Shown here one piece after another: positions 1 to 10,200 of a stretch of 29,758 nucleotides of DNA; position 1 is the first letter of the stretch; every line of letters starts with the position of its first letter. This DNA is from a virus. Its lineage: Duplodnaviria > Caudoviricetes. The stretch is from positions 1 through 29,758 of the IMG/VR virus record IMGVR_UViG_3300005512_000231, one strand, 5' to 3'. The notes under the pieces were generated by a model. That model ran no database searches. It saw nothing but the letters and a program-made list of their open reading frames with translations, and was not told the DNA's origin. A program made the position numbers and the translations under genes.

Positions 1-657
1 CCTGGTCGTGGATGCTCGTATACATTCCTCAAGAACTTTGTGCAACTGTCGTTTGACTTGGTTCAGAATGGAATGAGCATTCAGATTAGTCAGGACTATT
101 CATCCATGGTTAACTTTGCACGTTGTAAGGTTCTGGGTGCGAATGTTCTGCGTGGTCCTAATCAGGTGCCCTGGGATGGCAAACTGGACTATGATTACCA
201 ACTTTGGATCGACAGTGATATCGTGTTTAATACTGAAAAGTTCTGGCAACTTGCTGATCTGGCAATCCCTGCAGAGGGTGATGAGCGTGAGATTGCTGCT
301 GGTTGGTATATGACTGAGGATGGTCGTACTACCTCTGTGGCACACTGGTTGGAAGAAGAGGAGTTCCGTAAGAACGGTGGTGTGATGAACCACGAGACTG
401 GTGAATCCATGAGCAAGCGTAAGAAACCCTTTACTGTTGACTACACTGGTTTTGGTTGGGTCATGATCAAAAAGGGTGTGTTTGAGCGTATGGAGTATCC
501 CTGGTTTGCTCCTAAGATGCAGCAGTTTGAATCTGGTGCAGTACAAGACATGTGTGGTGAAGATGTATCCTTCTGTCTTGATGCCAAAGAACTTGGTATT
601 GAGACCTGGTGTGATCCTCGCATCCGTGTTGGACATGAGAAGACACGAGTGATCTGA
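1..657 (+). CDS. Glycosyltransferase-like protein (GT-A/GT2-like fold), 5'-truncated by the window
   Basis: The frame is open from base 1 (PGRGCSYTFLKNFVQLSFDL...), so GTG at 40 is not the true start. It has a DxD motif in YDYQLWIDSDIVF, then GFGWVMIKKGVFE, GEDVSFC and a terminal VGHEK, the usual GT-A motif order. Confidence 0.75.
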   Translation, partial: PGRGCSYTFLKNFVQLSFDLVQNGMSIQISQDYSSMVNFARCKVLGANVLRGPNQVPWDGKLDYDYQLWIDSDIVFNTEKFWQLADLAIPAEGDEREIAAGWYMTEDGRTTSVAHWLEEEEFRKNGGVMNHETGESMSKRKKPFTVDYTGFGWVMIKKGVFERMEYPWFAPKMQQFESGAVQDMCGEDVSFCLDAKELGIETWCDPRIRVGHEKTRVI

Positions 658-743
658 TGGGGTCACTCCTCTTTGTGATACTCTTTACATCCTTACTCAT
701 TGCTGGTATGCTGAGTGTGGGCAACAAAATGAACATCAAGTAA
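657..743 (+). CDS. Small hydrophobic single-TM peptide (28 aa)
   Basis: Not in the ORF track. ATG overlaps the upstream stop (TGATG at 655-659). Translation: MGSLLFVILFTSLLIAGMLSVGNKMNIK*. It fills the gap exactly up to the next gene. Confidence 0.6.
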   Translation: MGSLLFVILFTSLLIAGMLSVGNKMNIK

Positions 744-752
744 AAGGTTATT

Positions 753-899
753 ATGGCAAAAATGAAAAAGTCCCTGATGGGCAGTCTGATGATCGAGTCC
801 AAACCCAAGAAGACTCGTCAGGGTTCGGGACAGCATACCAAGTATGCTGCCACTAGTCGTAACAACAAACCAAAGCGTTATCGCGGTCAAGGTCGTTGA
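753..899 (+). CDS. Small highly basic protein ending in YRGQGR (48 aa), hypothetical of a type seen in T4-like marine phages
   Basis: Not in the ORF track. AAGG lies just upstream of the ATG. Translation: MAKMKKSLMGSLMIESKPKKTRQGSGQHTKYAATSRNNKPKRYRGQGR*. Codon bias (CGT/GGT/AAG) matches the upstream gene, and a terminator follows directly. Confidence 0.8.
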   Translation: MAKMKKSLMGSLMIESKPKKTRQGSGQHTKYAATSRNNKPKRYRGQGR

Positions 900-904
900 T
901 ATAG

Positions 905-931
905 AGACTCTCCTTCGGGAGGGTCTTTTTT
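905..931 (+). terminator. Rho-independent terminator with C(UUCG)G tetraloop
   Basis: AGACTCTCC-TTCG-GGAGGGTCT (9-bp stem with one G-U pair) followed by a T run, 5 nt after the stop of the 48-aa ORF. UUCG-loop terminators are typical of T4-like phages. Confidence 0.9.
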
Positions 932-933
932 AT

Positions 934-941
934 TATAAATT
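934..941 (+). promoter_or_regulatory. Possible T4-type late promoter (TATAAATt; one mismatch to TATAAATA)
   Basis: Sits immediately after the terminator and about 20 nt upstream of the ATG at 963. Confidence 0.5.
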
Positions 942-962
942 ACTGTAGTTGATCGGTTTATT

Positions 963-1679
963 ATGCCTGCACTAATTTGCAATCTTCCTTCTATTGAAGT
1001 ATGGGTCCGAAAAGAATATTTGACAGACCACCAAAGTGGATGGGGTGAGTTTGAGAAGGGCGTATGGGTATCTGCAAAGAGCATTCCAGGTCGTGCGTTT
1101 TACTTTGAGACGTACTTACCAGAGTATGCTGCAATGTACGATAAATTGCCAATTTCAGCGTTCGTCGCACGACCCGAGACACCTTCTCCCGATTTAAATC
1201 TGCCAAATTTACAGTTTTGGAATTGTATGGATTATGGTGTTGTTGCAGTACAAAAACAATTCGTTGGATCAATGGATTATGAGTGCTATACTCGTGATCA
1301 TGGTATTCAAAAGGGTACATATATTTGTACTCTAGACAATTACCATCAAGATCCAGATGTTGTTGATTATGCAACGAGTGAAAATCCTTCTGAACACAAA
1401 TCACATAATTTGATTGAGTTGGATAACGGTCAATTTGCATTATATCCAAATAATCGAATTCGTATCTTTGATAACAGTCTTACACCTGCAGAACCTAAGA
1501 GACCAGACTTTAAAGTATCTACCGAGTACTACTCTGTAGAGAATGGTTTCGATAGACTCGGTATGGGACGTGAGGATGAGTATTTTTGGAAGACATCTAA
1601 AGAGCGGGATAGTAACCCCGATAAAAGTTCCGAAAACCAAACAGAGGACCAAACAGATGGCAATGCACCCAGATCCTGA
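963..1679 (+). CDS. Conserved hypothetical phage protein (238 aa)
   Basis: Long ORF of globular composition (NLP..VWVRKEYL, GRAFYFETYLPEY.A.YDKLPISAF, EHKSHNLIELDNGQFALYPNNR). It resembles a protein recurrent upstream of gp25 in cyanomyophages; function unknown. Confidence 0.85.
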   Translation: MPALICNLPSIEVWVRKEYLTDHQSGWGEFEKGVWVSAKSIPGRAFYFETYLPEYAAMYDKLPISAFVARPETPSPDLNLPNLQFWNCMDYGVVAVQKQFVGSMDYECYTRDHGIQKGTYICTLDNYHQDPDVVDYATSENPSEHKSHNLIELDNGQFALYPNNRIRIFDNSLTPAEPKRPDFKVSTEYYSVENGFDRLGMGREDEYFWKTSKERDSNPDKSSENQTEDQTDGNAPRS

Positions 1680-1845
1680 TAGAGATAAGGAGTATATGTA
1701 TAAAATGTGGGGTACAACAAACCTGATTACTGATTATTGGTCAGGCAACCTAAAAAAAGAAGAGACACAGGAACTCAGAGAGGTTGTAGGCGATGATTTG
1801 ACAAAAGAGAATAAGTCGAAGGAAAAAACTGATCTTAATGAATAA
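1657..1845 (+). CDS. Hypothetical protein (62 aa); start re-assigned from 1543 to 1657
   Basis: GAGGA Shine-Dalgarno at ~1644-1648 precedes ATG 1657. Translation: MAMHPDPDRDKEYMYKMWGTTNLITDYWSG... This start gives a short 23-nt overlap with the upstream gene instead of 137 nt. Confidence 0.7.
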   Translation: MAMHPDPDRDKEYMYKMWGTTNLITDYWSGNLKKEETQELREVVGDDLTKENKSKEKTDLNE

Positions 1846-1865
1846 TAAAAACCATTATCTATCTT

Positions 1866-1873
1866 AATAAATA
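1866..1873 (+). promoter_or_regulatory. T4-like (gp55-dependent) late promoter AATAAATA
   Basis: Matches the NATAAATA consensus and is intergenic, 28 nt upstream of the gp25 start. Confidence 0.8.
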
Positions 1874-1901
1874 AGGCAGAACGAGTCTCAATCTCTTACT
1901 C

Positions 1902-2312
1902 ATGCCTGTCGAGGTCTCCCAACGCACATCTATCGGATTTAAGGACATCAGTATGTCCTTTCAGCAGAATCCGCTGACGAATGACCTCATCCCATTGAAA
2001 AATGAGAATGCGATTGCTCAGTCGATTAAAAATCTGGTCCTAACGACTCCAGGGGAGAGATTATTCAATCCCGAACTTGGATCTGGAATCTATGAGTCAC
2101 TTTTTGAACAGATTGACGTTATTTCCGCAACACAGATTAAAACATCGGCTGAGAATACAATCAATACGTATGAACCAAGAGTAAAACTCATTGATGTCAC
2201 GGTTGACCCAAGACCTGATGATAATGCCTTTGATATGACAGTCAATTACGAAATTGTTGGTATTGATGTACCAGCACAATCTCTGTCATTTCCATTAACC
2301 AAAATAAGGTAG
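1902..2312 (+). CDS. gp25: Baseplate wedge subunit / sheath initiator gp25
   Basis: FKDISMSF..NPLTNDL, AIAQSIKNLVLTTPGERLFNPELGS and INTYEPRV are the GPW/gp25 signature; 136 aa; directly upstream of gp6. Confidence 0.95.
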   Translation: MPVEVSQRTSIGFKDISMSFQQNPLTNDLIPLKNENAIAQSIKNLVLTTPGERLFNPELGSGIYESLFEQIDVISATQIKTSAENTINTYEPRVKLIDVTVDPRPDDNAFDMTVNYEIVGIDVPAQSLSFPLTKIR

Positions 2313-2316
2313 ATAA

Positions 2317-4227
2317 ATGCCTCTAGTTAAGTTCGCCAATTTAGATTTTGATCAAATAAAACAATCCATCAAGGATTACATCAAATCTAACTCAAATTTT
2401 ACCGATTATGACTTTGAGGGATCAAATCTCTCGGTCATTATCGACACGCTTGCGTATAATACGTATATAACATCGTTTAATGCGAACATGCTCAGCAATG
2501 AGGTGTTTATTGATAGTGCTACGTTGAGAGAAAACGTAGTTTCTCTTGCAAGAAATATTGGATATCTGCCAAGATCACGAAGATCTGCGAAAGCAAACGT
2601 ATCTTTCTTTGTTGATGTCACTGCATTGGGTTCTTCACCGCTTACTTTGACGTTAAAAGCGGGTGTTGTGGCAACTTCAGCACAAAAATTTGGAAATCAG
2701 TCGTTTACATTTACGATTCCAGCGGATATTACCGTCCCAGTCGTAAATGGAATCGCAACTTTTGACAATATTACGATTTTTGAGGGAAATTACGTCACCG
2801 AAGCGTTTACCGTTGACGCAAATATCCCAAATCAGAGGTTTGAACTTGGAAATCCAAGCATTGATACGTCAACTCTTGACGTAAAAGTCTATCCAACATC
2901 ACAAAGTAACTCATTTGTCAAGTATAATCAGAAAAATGACCTGTTTCAGGTCACTGATACGTCAAAAGTCTACTTCTTACAAGAAATTTCGGGGCAAAGG
3001 TACGAACTTTTCTTTGGAGATGGCGTCTTTGGCAACAAATTAGACAATAACAACTACATTACTGTCAGTTATACCACTGGAAATGGCGAAGACGGTAATG
3101 ATGTCTCTGCTTTCAGTTATGCGGGTCGCATTTTAGATAATAATGCGACTGTTGTAACGTCTGATATCTCTGCAATAACAACAAATTCAGCATCTTCTGG
3201 TGGTCAAGAGATAGAATCAGTCGATTCCATCAGAAAATTTGCTCCAAAAAGTTATGCTGCTGCTGATAGAGCAGTTACAGCGATGGATTATGAGGCAATT
3301 ATCCCTCAAATTTATGGAGAAGTCGAATCAATCTCTGCTTTTGGTGGTGAAGTGTTAAATCCACCCCAATTTGGACGTGTTTTCATCTCCATTAAACCAA
3401 TCAATGGTCAATATTTGTCCAACTCGGTCAAAGAAAACCTAATTGACCAACTTAAGCAGTATCAAATCTCTGGAATCCGTCCAATTATCCTTGATACCAA
3501 GTATACTTACGTTGAATTTAACACAACTGCTTATTATGATCCCTCTCTTGCACCAAATGCGGCATTCGTAAAGGCAGCAATTACAAAAAATATTGAGGAT
3601 TACGCAGATTCCACCGAACTTAACAAATATGGTGCAAAATTTAGATACAGTAAGTTTACAAGAGTCATTGATGACTCTGATGATTCAATTACATCAAACA
3701 TTACATCCATTGAAATGAGAAGAGACTTGGCACCTGTGCTGAGATCTTTTGCTGAGTATGAGATTTGCTTTGGCAACTCATTCTGCGTTGATCCAACTGG
3801 ATATAACATCAGAACTTCGGGATTTACTGTAACAGGCATCGCTGATACGGTTTATTTCTCAGACACGCCAAATGTAGATCTAAAAACTGGTTCAATCTTC
3901 CTGTTTAAGGTTGATACAACCACGGAAGCAATTATTTTACTTAAAAATATCGGAACTGTTGACTATGTTAAAGGAGAAGTTAAACTTGCTCCAATTAAGA
4001 TTCAATCAACACTGAAAAATAACGCTGAAGGACCAATTATTGAGGTCTCAGTTGAACCTTCTTCTAATGATGTCATCGGAAAAGAGGAGTTATATCTGCA
4101 ACTAGATATTAATAATAGCACAATCAATATGTTAGCTGACAACATAGCGTCTGGTGCAGATATTTCTGGATCAAACTTTGTTGCAACAGCAAGTTGTGGA
4201 AAAACTGGCAGCCTTATTAGAAACTAA
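2317..4227 (+). CDS. gp6: Baseplate wedge subunit gp6
   Basis: LDFDQIKQSIKDY...FTDYDFEGSNLSVIIDTLAYNT, FIDSATLRENVVSLARNIGYLPRS, YELFFGDG, RAVTAMDY and GTVDYVKG are T4 gp6/baseplate-J-like motifs; 636 aa. Confidence 0.95.
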   Translation: MPLVKFANLDFDQIKQSIKDYIKSNSNFTDYDFEGSNLSVIIDTLAYNTYITSFNANMLSNEVFIDSATLRENVVSLARNIGYLPRSRRSAKANVSFFVDVTALGSSPLTLTLKAGVVATSAQKFGNQSFTFTIPADITVPVVNGIATFDNITIFEGNYVTEAFTVDANIPNQRFELGNPSIDTSTLDVKVYPTSQSNSFVKYNQKNDLFQVTDTSKVYFLQEISGQRYELFFGDGVFGNKLDNNNYITVSYTTGNGEDGNDVSAFSYAGRILDNNATVVTSDISAITTNSASSGGQEIESVDSIRKFAPKSYAAADRAVTAMDYEAIIPQIYGEVESISAFGGEVLNPPQFGRVFISIKPINGQYLSNSVKENLIDQLKQYQISGIRPIILDTKYTYVEFNTTAYYDPSLAPNAAFVKAAITKNIEDYADSTELNKYGAKFRYSKFTRVIDDSDDSITSNITSIEMRRDLAPVLRSFAEYEICFGNSFCVDPTGYNIRTSGFTVTGIADTVYFSDTPNVDLKTGSIFLFKVDTTTEAIILLKNIGTVDYVKGEVKLAPIKIQSTLKNNAEGPIIEVSVEPSSNDVIGKEELYLQLDINNSTINMLADNIASGADISGSNFVATASCGKTGSLIRN

Positions 4228-4236
4228 AAATAAATC

Positions 4237-7200
4237 ATGGTCAATCAAAGGGTCAAAATCAGCACGGTCGTCGAGAGCCAGCTGCCTTCCTGGGTAAGAG
4301 ACAATTATCCTCTTGCTACAGAGTTTTTAGAGGGATATTACAAGTCACAAGACTCTCAAAGTCTTCCAGCGAACATTGTTAATAATATTGACCAATATGT
4401 AAAGGTTGACAATCTTACTAACCTAGTCACACAAGCGTCTCTAGGCAGTTCTATTTCATTTTTCGATACAACTATTAAGACTGACTCCACAGAGGGGTTT
4501 CCGAGTCGATACGGCGTCATACAGATTGACTCTGAGGTCATCACATACGCTGGTATCACTACGAATTCCTTTACTGGTTGCGTAAGAGGGTTTAGTGGTA
4601 TCACCTCTTATAGAGCACCCAATAAATCGGACGAACTTGTCTTCTCCAGTACGGATGCTGCGGAGCACGCAAGTGGTTCAACAATTAAAAACCTGAGTAT
4701 TCTCTTTTTACAAGAGTTTTTGAAGAAACTCAAGAGACAGATACTCCCAGGATTTGAAGATAGAAAATTATATGATGGATTAGACCAAAGACTCTTCCTT
4801 AAAGAGGCAGATAGTTTTTATGTCTCTAAAGGTACAGAGCAATCCTATGAGATTCTGTTCCGTGCTCTCTATGGTAAGGATGTTGAGTTAATCAGACCTA
4901 GTGATTACCTGTTTATCCCATCAGATGCTCGTTATCAACTTGTAAACAACTTAGTCGTTGAAGCAGTTGATGGTGACCCAGAACTTTTATACAATAAGAC
5001 TCTCTTCCAGGATGCTGACCAGTACAATAAGAGAGCAAGCGGTTCAATCAGCAAGGTTGAAAGGATTGTACGTGGAGAAAAGACATATTACACAATTAGT
5101 CTAGACTCAGACTATGATAAGGATATTGATGTAGCAGGCGGTTCTATCAAGGGTGCTTTTGTTGTCAACCCTAAGACCGAATTGCTCAATTCAGTGTCTA
5201 TTGGAGCAACTGTTCTTGATGTAGACTCAACAGTTGGATTTGCTGCAACTGGTGAGATAGTTGCAACTCTCCCTAACGGAACTTCCCAGGTTTTAGAGTA
5301 TCTTTCAAAGTCAACTAACCAATTTTTTGATGTTACTGGTGTATCTCAGGCAATGTCTGATGACCAGGAACTGCGTCAAAACTTTGTTGCTTATGGATAT
5401 ACCTCTAGTGCCCAGGTAGACCCCGTACAGGTTCGTATAGGCGCTGTTCTGGAGGATTTAGTAATTCCAGACGATACCTATTATATTGATAAGGGAGATA
5501 AAATCCAAGTCAAGACCTTGGGTGATACTGACCAAAGCAAAAAGACAACAATTTGGCAATATAACCATAAAACAACTTTTACAGTCGAAAGTATTACTGC
5601 TCAGAGTGCGGCATTGACCTATGATGTAAAAACCTATGATGATAATGGTATTGTACTTGGCGATACTGTAACTCTTACTGATAATACTTCAACTAGCACA
5701 ACTTTTGTAGTTCAACGGGTTAAAACACCAAATACTTTTACAGTTTCTGGTTCTGTGCTACAACCAACCAGGTTTTATACCGTAACCAGGGGTTTATCAA
5801 AGGGTAGTTCGTCATCTTACCCATACATCTCCAATTTTATTACTAACGTTCAAAATACTTATCTGAATAAGGATGATGTTTATGTCGCATCAAACTCAAT
5901 TCCTTATTATCCAAATCAGACTCTCATTCCTGAAGATTATTCAGTTACTTTTTCTGGAACCTTCTCTGGCGAAGATCTAAACATTGGTTCGCATCCATTT
6001 ATGTCAGGAGATGCCGTAAACCTGATTGGTAGCGGATTGTCTTTGTCTGAAGGAGTTTATTTTGTCAAAGTTGTCAGCAATAGTGTAGTTAAACTTGCTG
6101 CAAGTAGACCAAATATTTCAACAAATAACTTCTTTACTGTAACTGGCACCATTACCAATGGAAAACTGGTTAAGTTTGGATTTAAAGGAAAATCCTTGCA
6201 ACCACAGGGTTTATTTAGAAAAATCTCCGACCCAGTTAATGATGGTACGATTGTTGACATCAAAACAACACCTGTTGGAGTATTAGTCAATGGTGTTGAG
6301 ATTGGAAGTTACAAGAGTGAGGATGTTGTAAACTTTGGTAGAATTGACAACGTTGAAGTCATTGCTGAAGGTGAAGGATATGACATCATTAACCCACCTG
6401 TACTGACAATATCGGATAGTGTCGGAAGTGCAGCAGCTGGTAATGTATCTGTTAGAGGTGGGCTTGAAAGAATTGAAATTATTGACCCTGGTGCTGATTA
6501 TTTGGAGGTTCCAGTTGTAACAATCACTGGTGGTAATGGAACTGGTGCAAAAGCAGAGGCAACTCTTGCAAACTTTATCCACGAGGTTACATTCAACTCT
6601 ATTGCATCTGCAAACCAAGTTGACCTACCTCTCAATACCATTGCAATTGGTTCGCCACATAAGTTTAGAGATGGTGAGCACGTATTTTATGAAACAAACG
6701 GTCTAACACCAATTGGTGGTCTGGAGAGCAACTCTGAGTATTATGTTGGCGTTGTTGATGCATTCAGAGTCAAACTTTACAAGACACAAGTTGATGCAGT
6801 AACTGGTAAGAACGTCATTGACCTGACATCATTTGGTGTTGGTGGACATACCCTTAGAACTGTCGATTATAGAAAGAAAGTAGGTTCTATCAGAGTTATT
6901 GATAGCGGTAAAAACTATGAGAACAAGTTAAGAAGAGTTGCAGCAACTGGCATTAACACTGCTAGCAACTTGATTAACATCCGCAATCACGGTTATGATA
7001 GTGGTGATATCATTACCTATAGCACTAGTGGAAATGAGATCCTAGGTCTCTCTACAGCACAGTCATATTATGTTACTGCATATGATGATAATCAATTCTA
7101 TTTGTCTCAGGTTGGCATTGGTTCAACTACTAGAGCACAATATTACAATGCAAGAGAATATGTAGACCTAAGGTCTCAAGGTAGTGGAACTCATTCCTTT

Positions 7201-10200
7201 AACTACGAACCAATTGAGGTAAATGTTAAGGGTATTGTTGGACTTACAACTGTAACCACAACTGAGAGTATTATTGTTGACTCTAGAACCATTCGTTCTG
7301 GAGTTGTTACCGAAACTGCAACTGCAGGACAAACTGACTTTACCTTTACATATCCAGCAAGACCAAATAGACCACAACTTCTTGATGTCTTTATGGATGG
7401 CGTCAGATTAAATGACGTTGACTATGATGCCACATCAGGCACTCAGATAGTCCTACAATCCCCTGCAAACGGCACAGAGATAGTGGAGATGGTAAGTTAT
7501 GCCTCCACTGTTAGAACGCAGTACACGGAGGTTACAGCGGGTGCTGGACAAACCAACTTCCCATTCATATATTCTCCAGGAAATTTAGATGTCCTGGTAA
7601 ATGGTGTAAAGCTGCCAGCAAGAGACTATGAGTCTGACACTGGAACGACTGTTATCCTAGACCAAGGAGCAATTGCTGGAGACTCAGTTGAACTGATTGG
7701 ATATCCTGATGTTATCCGAAAGGAAGCAACTTTTACCGCACAGGATGGACAAACTAAGTTTACCTTCCCACATCAAACCGAGTATAGTCTGATTGATGTA
7801 TATCTCAACGGTATTAAATTACCAGTTGAAGATTATGATGCATCTAATCAATCTTTTGTAGAGATTTTATCTCCAGTTTTTGCTAACGACATTGTATATC
7901 TCTCATACTTTGTCTTGAGTGAATTGGTATACCTTGGTTCAGACTTTAATGCATCTGTACAACCAATCTTTAGAGGAAATGTTGAGACAGTTGGTCTTTC
8001 AAACAATGGATCAAACTATGGTTCTGATTCAATCGTAAATTATAATAGACAACCACTGTTTACTTTGAATAGTGGTAAGGATGCAGAACTTATCCCCATT
8101 ATTGACCAGACAACAGGTGGTATTCAAGACGTAGTAATTAAGAACTCTGGTTCAGGTTACAATGCTCCACCAAATCTTGTGATTGCTGGTGAGGGTCTTG
8201 GTGCAATCTTTACTCCAATTGTCAAGAATGGCATCTTAAGTGAGATTGTTGTTGTCAGTCCTGGTAGAGGGTATAAAGCAGAGAATACAACCGTAAGAGT
8301 TGTTGCTGCTGGACTTGGTGCAAAGTTTGAGGCAAATATTAAGACCTGGACTCTAAATGAGGTTCAGAGACTTATTGAAAGAGAAAAAGTTTCTGCTGAT
8401 GATGGTGTCCTATACAATCAGACATCTGGTTCACTTGAATATACACATCTATACGCACCAAGACAACTTAGAAAGCAAGTTTATGGGTCTAAGTTTGTAA
8501 ATGGTGTTGAAACTTTCTTACCTGACATCACATTTGATACTACAGGTAAAGAAATTGATAGCACAAACCATTCTCCAATTATTGGATGGGCATATGATGG
8601 CAACCCAATTTATGGACCATATGGTTTTGACACTGCTGTTGGTGGTTCTGTTAGAAGAATGGTATCTGGTTATGTACCAGACCTAAAAGTTGGTAGACCA
8701 GCAACATCCAAGTTCCCATTTGGAATGTTTATTGAGGATTATGCTTTTGATAATAGTGGTGACCTGGATGAGCACAATGGTAGATTCTGTGTAACTCCAG
8801 AATTCCCAAATGGAGTCTATGCCTACTTTATGACAATCTCTGAGGATTTCGCTCAGAGTGGTGCGTTTAAAAACTTTAAGACACCAGTATTCCCATACGT
8901 TGTTGGACAATCATTTAAGTCTACACCAATTGAGTTCAACTTCCTCAACACATCAAATCAAAATACAATTGATATTAACTCAAATGGTTGGTTTAGAAAC
9001 ACTGAACCATATAAACTTGAGTCGGATTTTGCTGCATACCAATACCTGTTTAATCCAAATAAGGTAAGAAAGCAAAACTCTATTGTAAAGTATGCTCAAC
9101 CTGGTGGTCTAGACAACATTGACATCTACAATGCTGGACAAGGATTTAGAGTAGGTGACAGCATCAACTTTACTGGTGGAACTGGTAGAGGTGCTTTTGG
9201 TAAGGTTTCCAGACTGACTGGTAAAACTATCACCAGTATTGCTAACTCAACAACTTATGTTGAAAGTATTGAGTTTGTATCCTTAGACAATACTGGAAGA
9301 TTTATTGGTGTTGCACCAGAACCTCACAACTTAAGCAATCTTGATATTGTTTCTGTTACTGGACTGTCAACATTTAGAACTGACTTAAGTCAAAATCTGC
9401 AGATTAGACTACCTGATGCTCCACTGTCATTGACTGCAGGTATCTCTACTGCAAGTGTCACTGGTCTTGTAACACACTTCTCTCTTGCAAGCATCCCAGC
9501 ATATCCATTTATTTTGGAAAATGATATCCTGACTGTTGATGATGAGCAAGTAAAAGTCCTCAACATTGACCGTGCAAAATCTAGAGTTCGTGTTTTAAGA
9601 GCACAAAACTCAACTGCTGGTGTGGCACACACTGTTGCATCACCAATTGCACAAAAATCAAGAAGAGTACAGGTCAACACAAACTATAAAAAGTCAGATT
9701 CATCTCGCCTTGATAGACAACTTTACTTTGAACCAGAAACCACTGTTGGTCTTGGTGCAACTTGGGGTGTAGGCATCACCTCAACTCTATTCCTGGACCA
9801 AGTTAACCATCAGTCTCCAGTCAGTTTTGATACTGGAAGCACCACAATCTTGATATTCCAAAGACCACAAGACATCTCAAACTTTGCTGGTGGTGGATAT
9901 GTATCGATTGTAAATCCAACGACTCCAGGATTTGCAGTTAAAAATGCAAAGGTACTCTCAGTAGGTTCTACATCTATCACTGTTGATTTTGATACGAGTG
10001 CTCTGGCAGGTGCTGGTGTAACTGGTTATCTGAATGGTGTTGTAACACAGGAAGTTCCAACAAGAACTTTGTTTATTCAGAACCACGGATTGGCAACAGG
10101 TGATAAGGTTCTTTACAACTCAAACGGTGGCACATCACTGATTGTAAAGAGAGACACTGCAGCAGACACATCTCTAACTCAAGACCAAGAACTCTTTGTC

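Noticed and set aside
100-666. 188-aa minus-strand ORF, and other antisense ORFs such as 991-1449, 22126-22707 and 28109-28468
   Set aside because: They lie opposite well-supported + strand genes and have no recognisable motifs; they are shadow frames caused by codon bias.
1543-1656. Longer N-terminus proposed by the ORF track for the 1543-1845 ORF
   Set aside because: It would overlap the upstream gene by 137 nt; ATG 1657 has a GAGGA RBS and is the better start.
4229-4236. AATAAATC before gp7 (and GATAAATG at the gp6 start) as late promoters
   Set aside because: Mismatch at the last position, and they abut or overlap the ATG, leaving no room for a normal leader.
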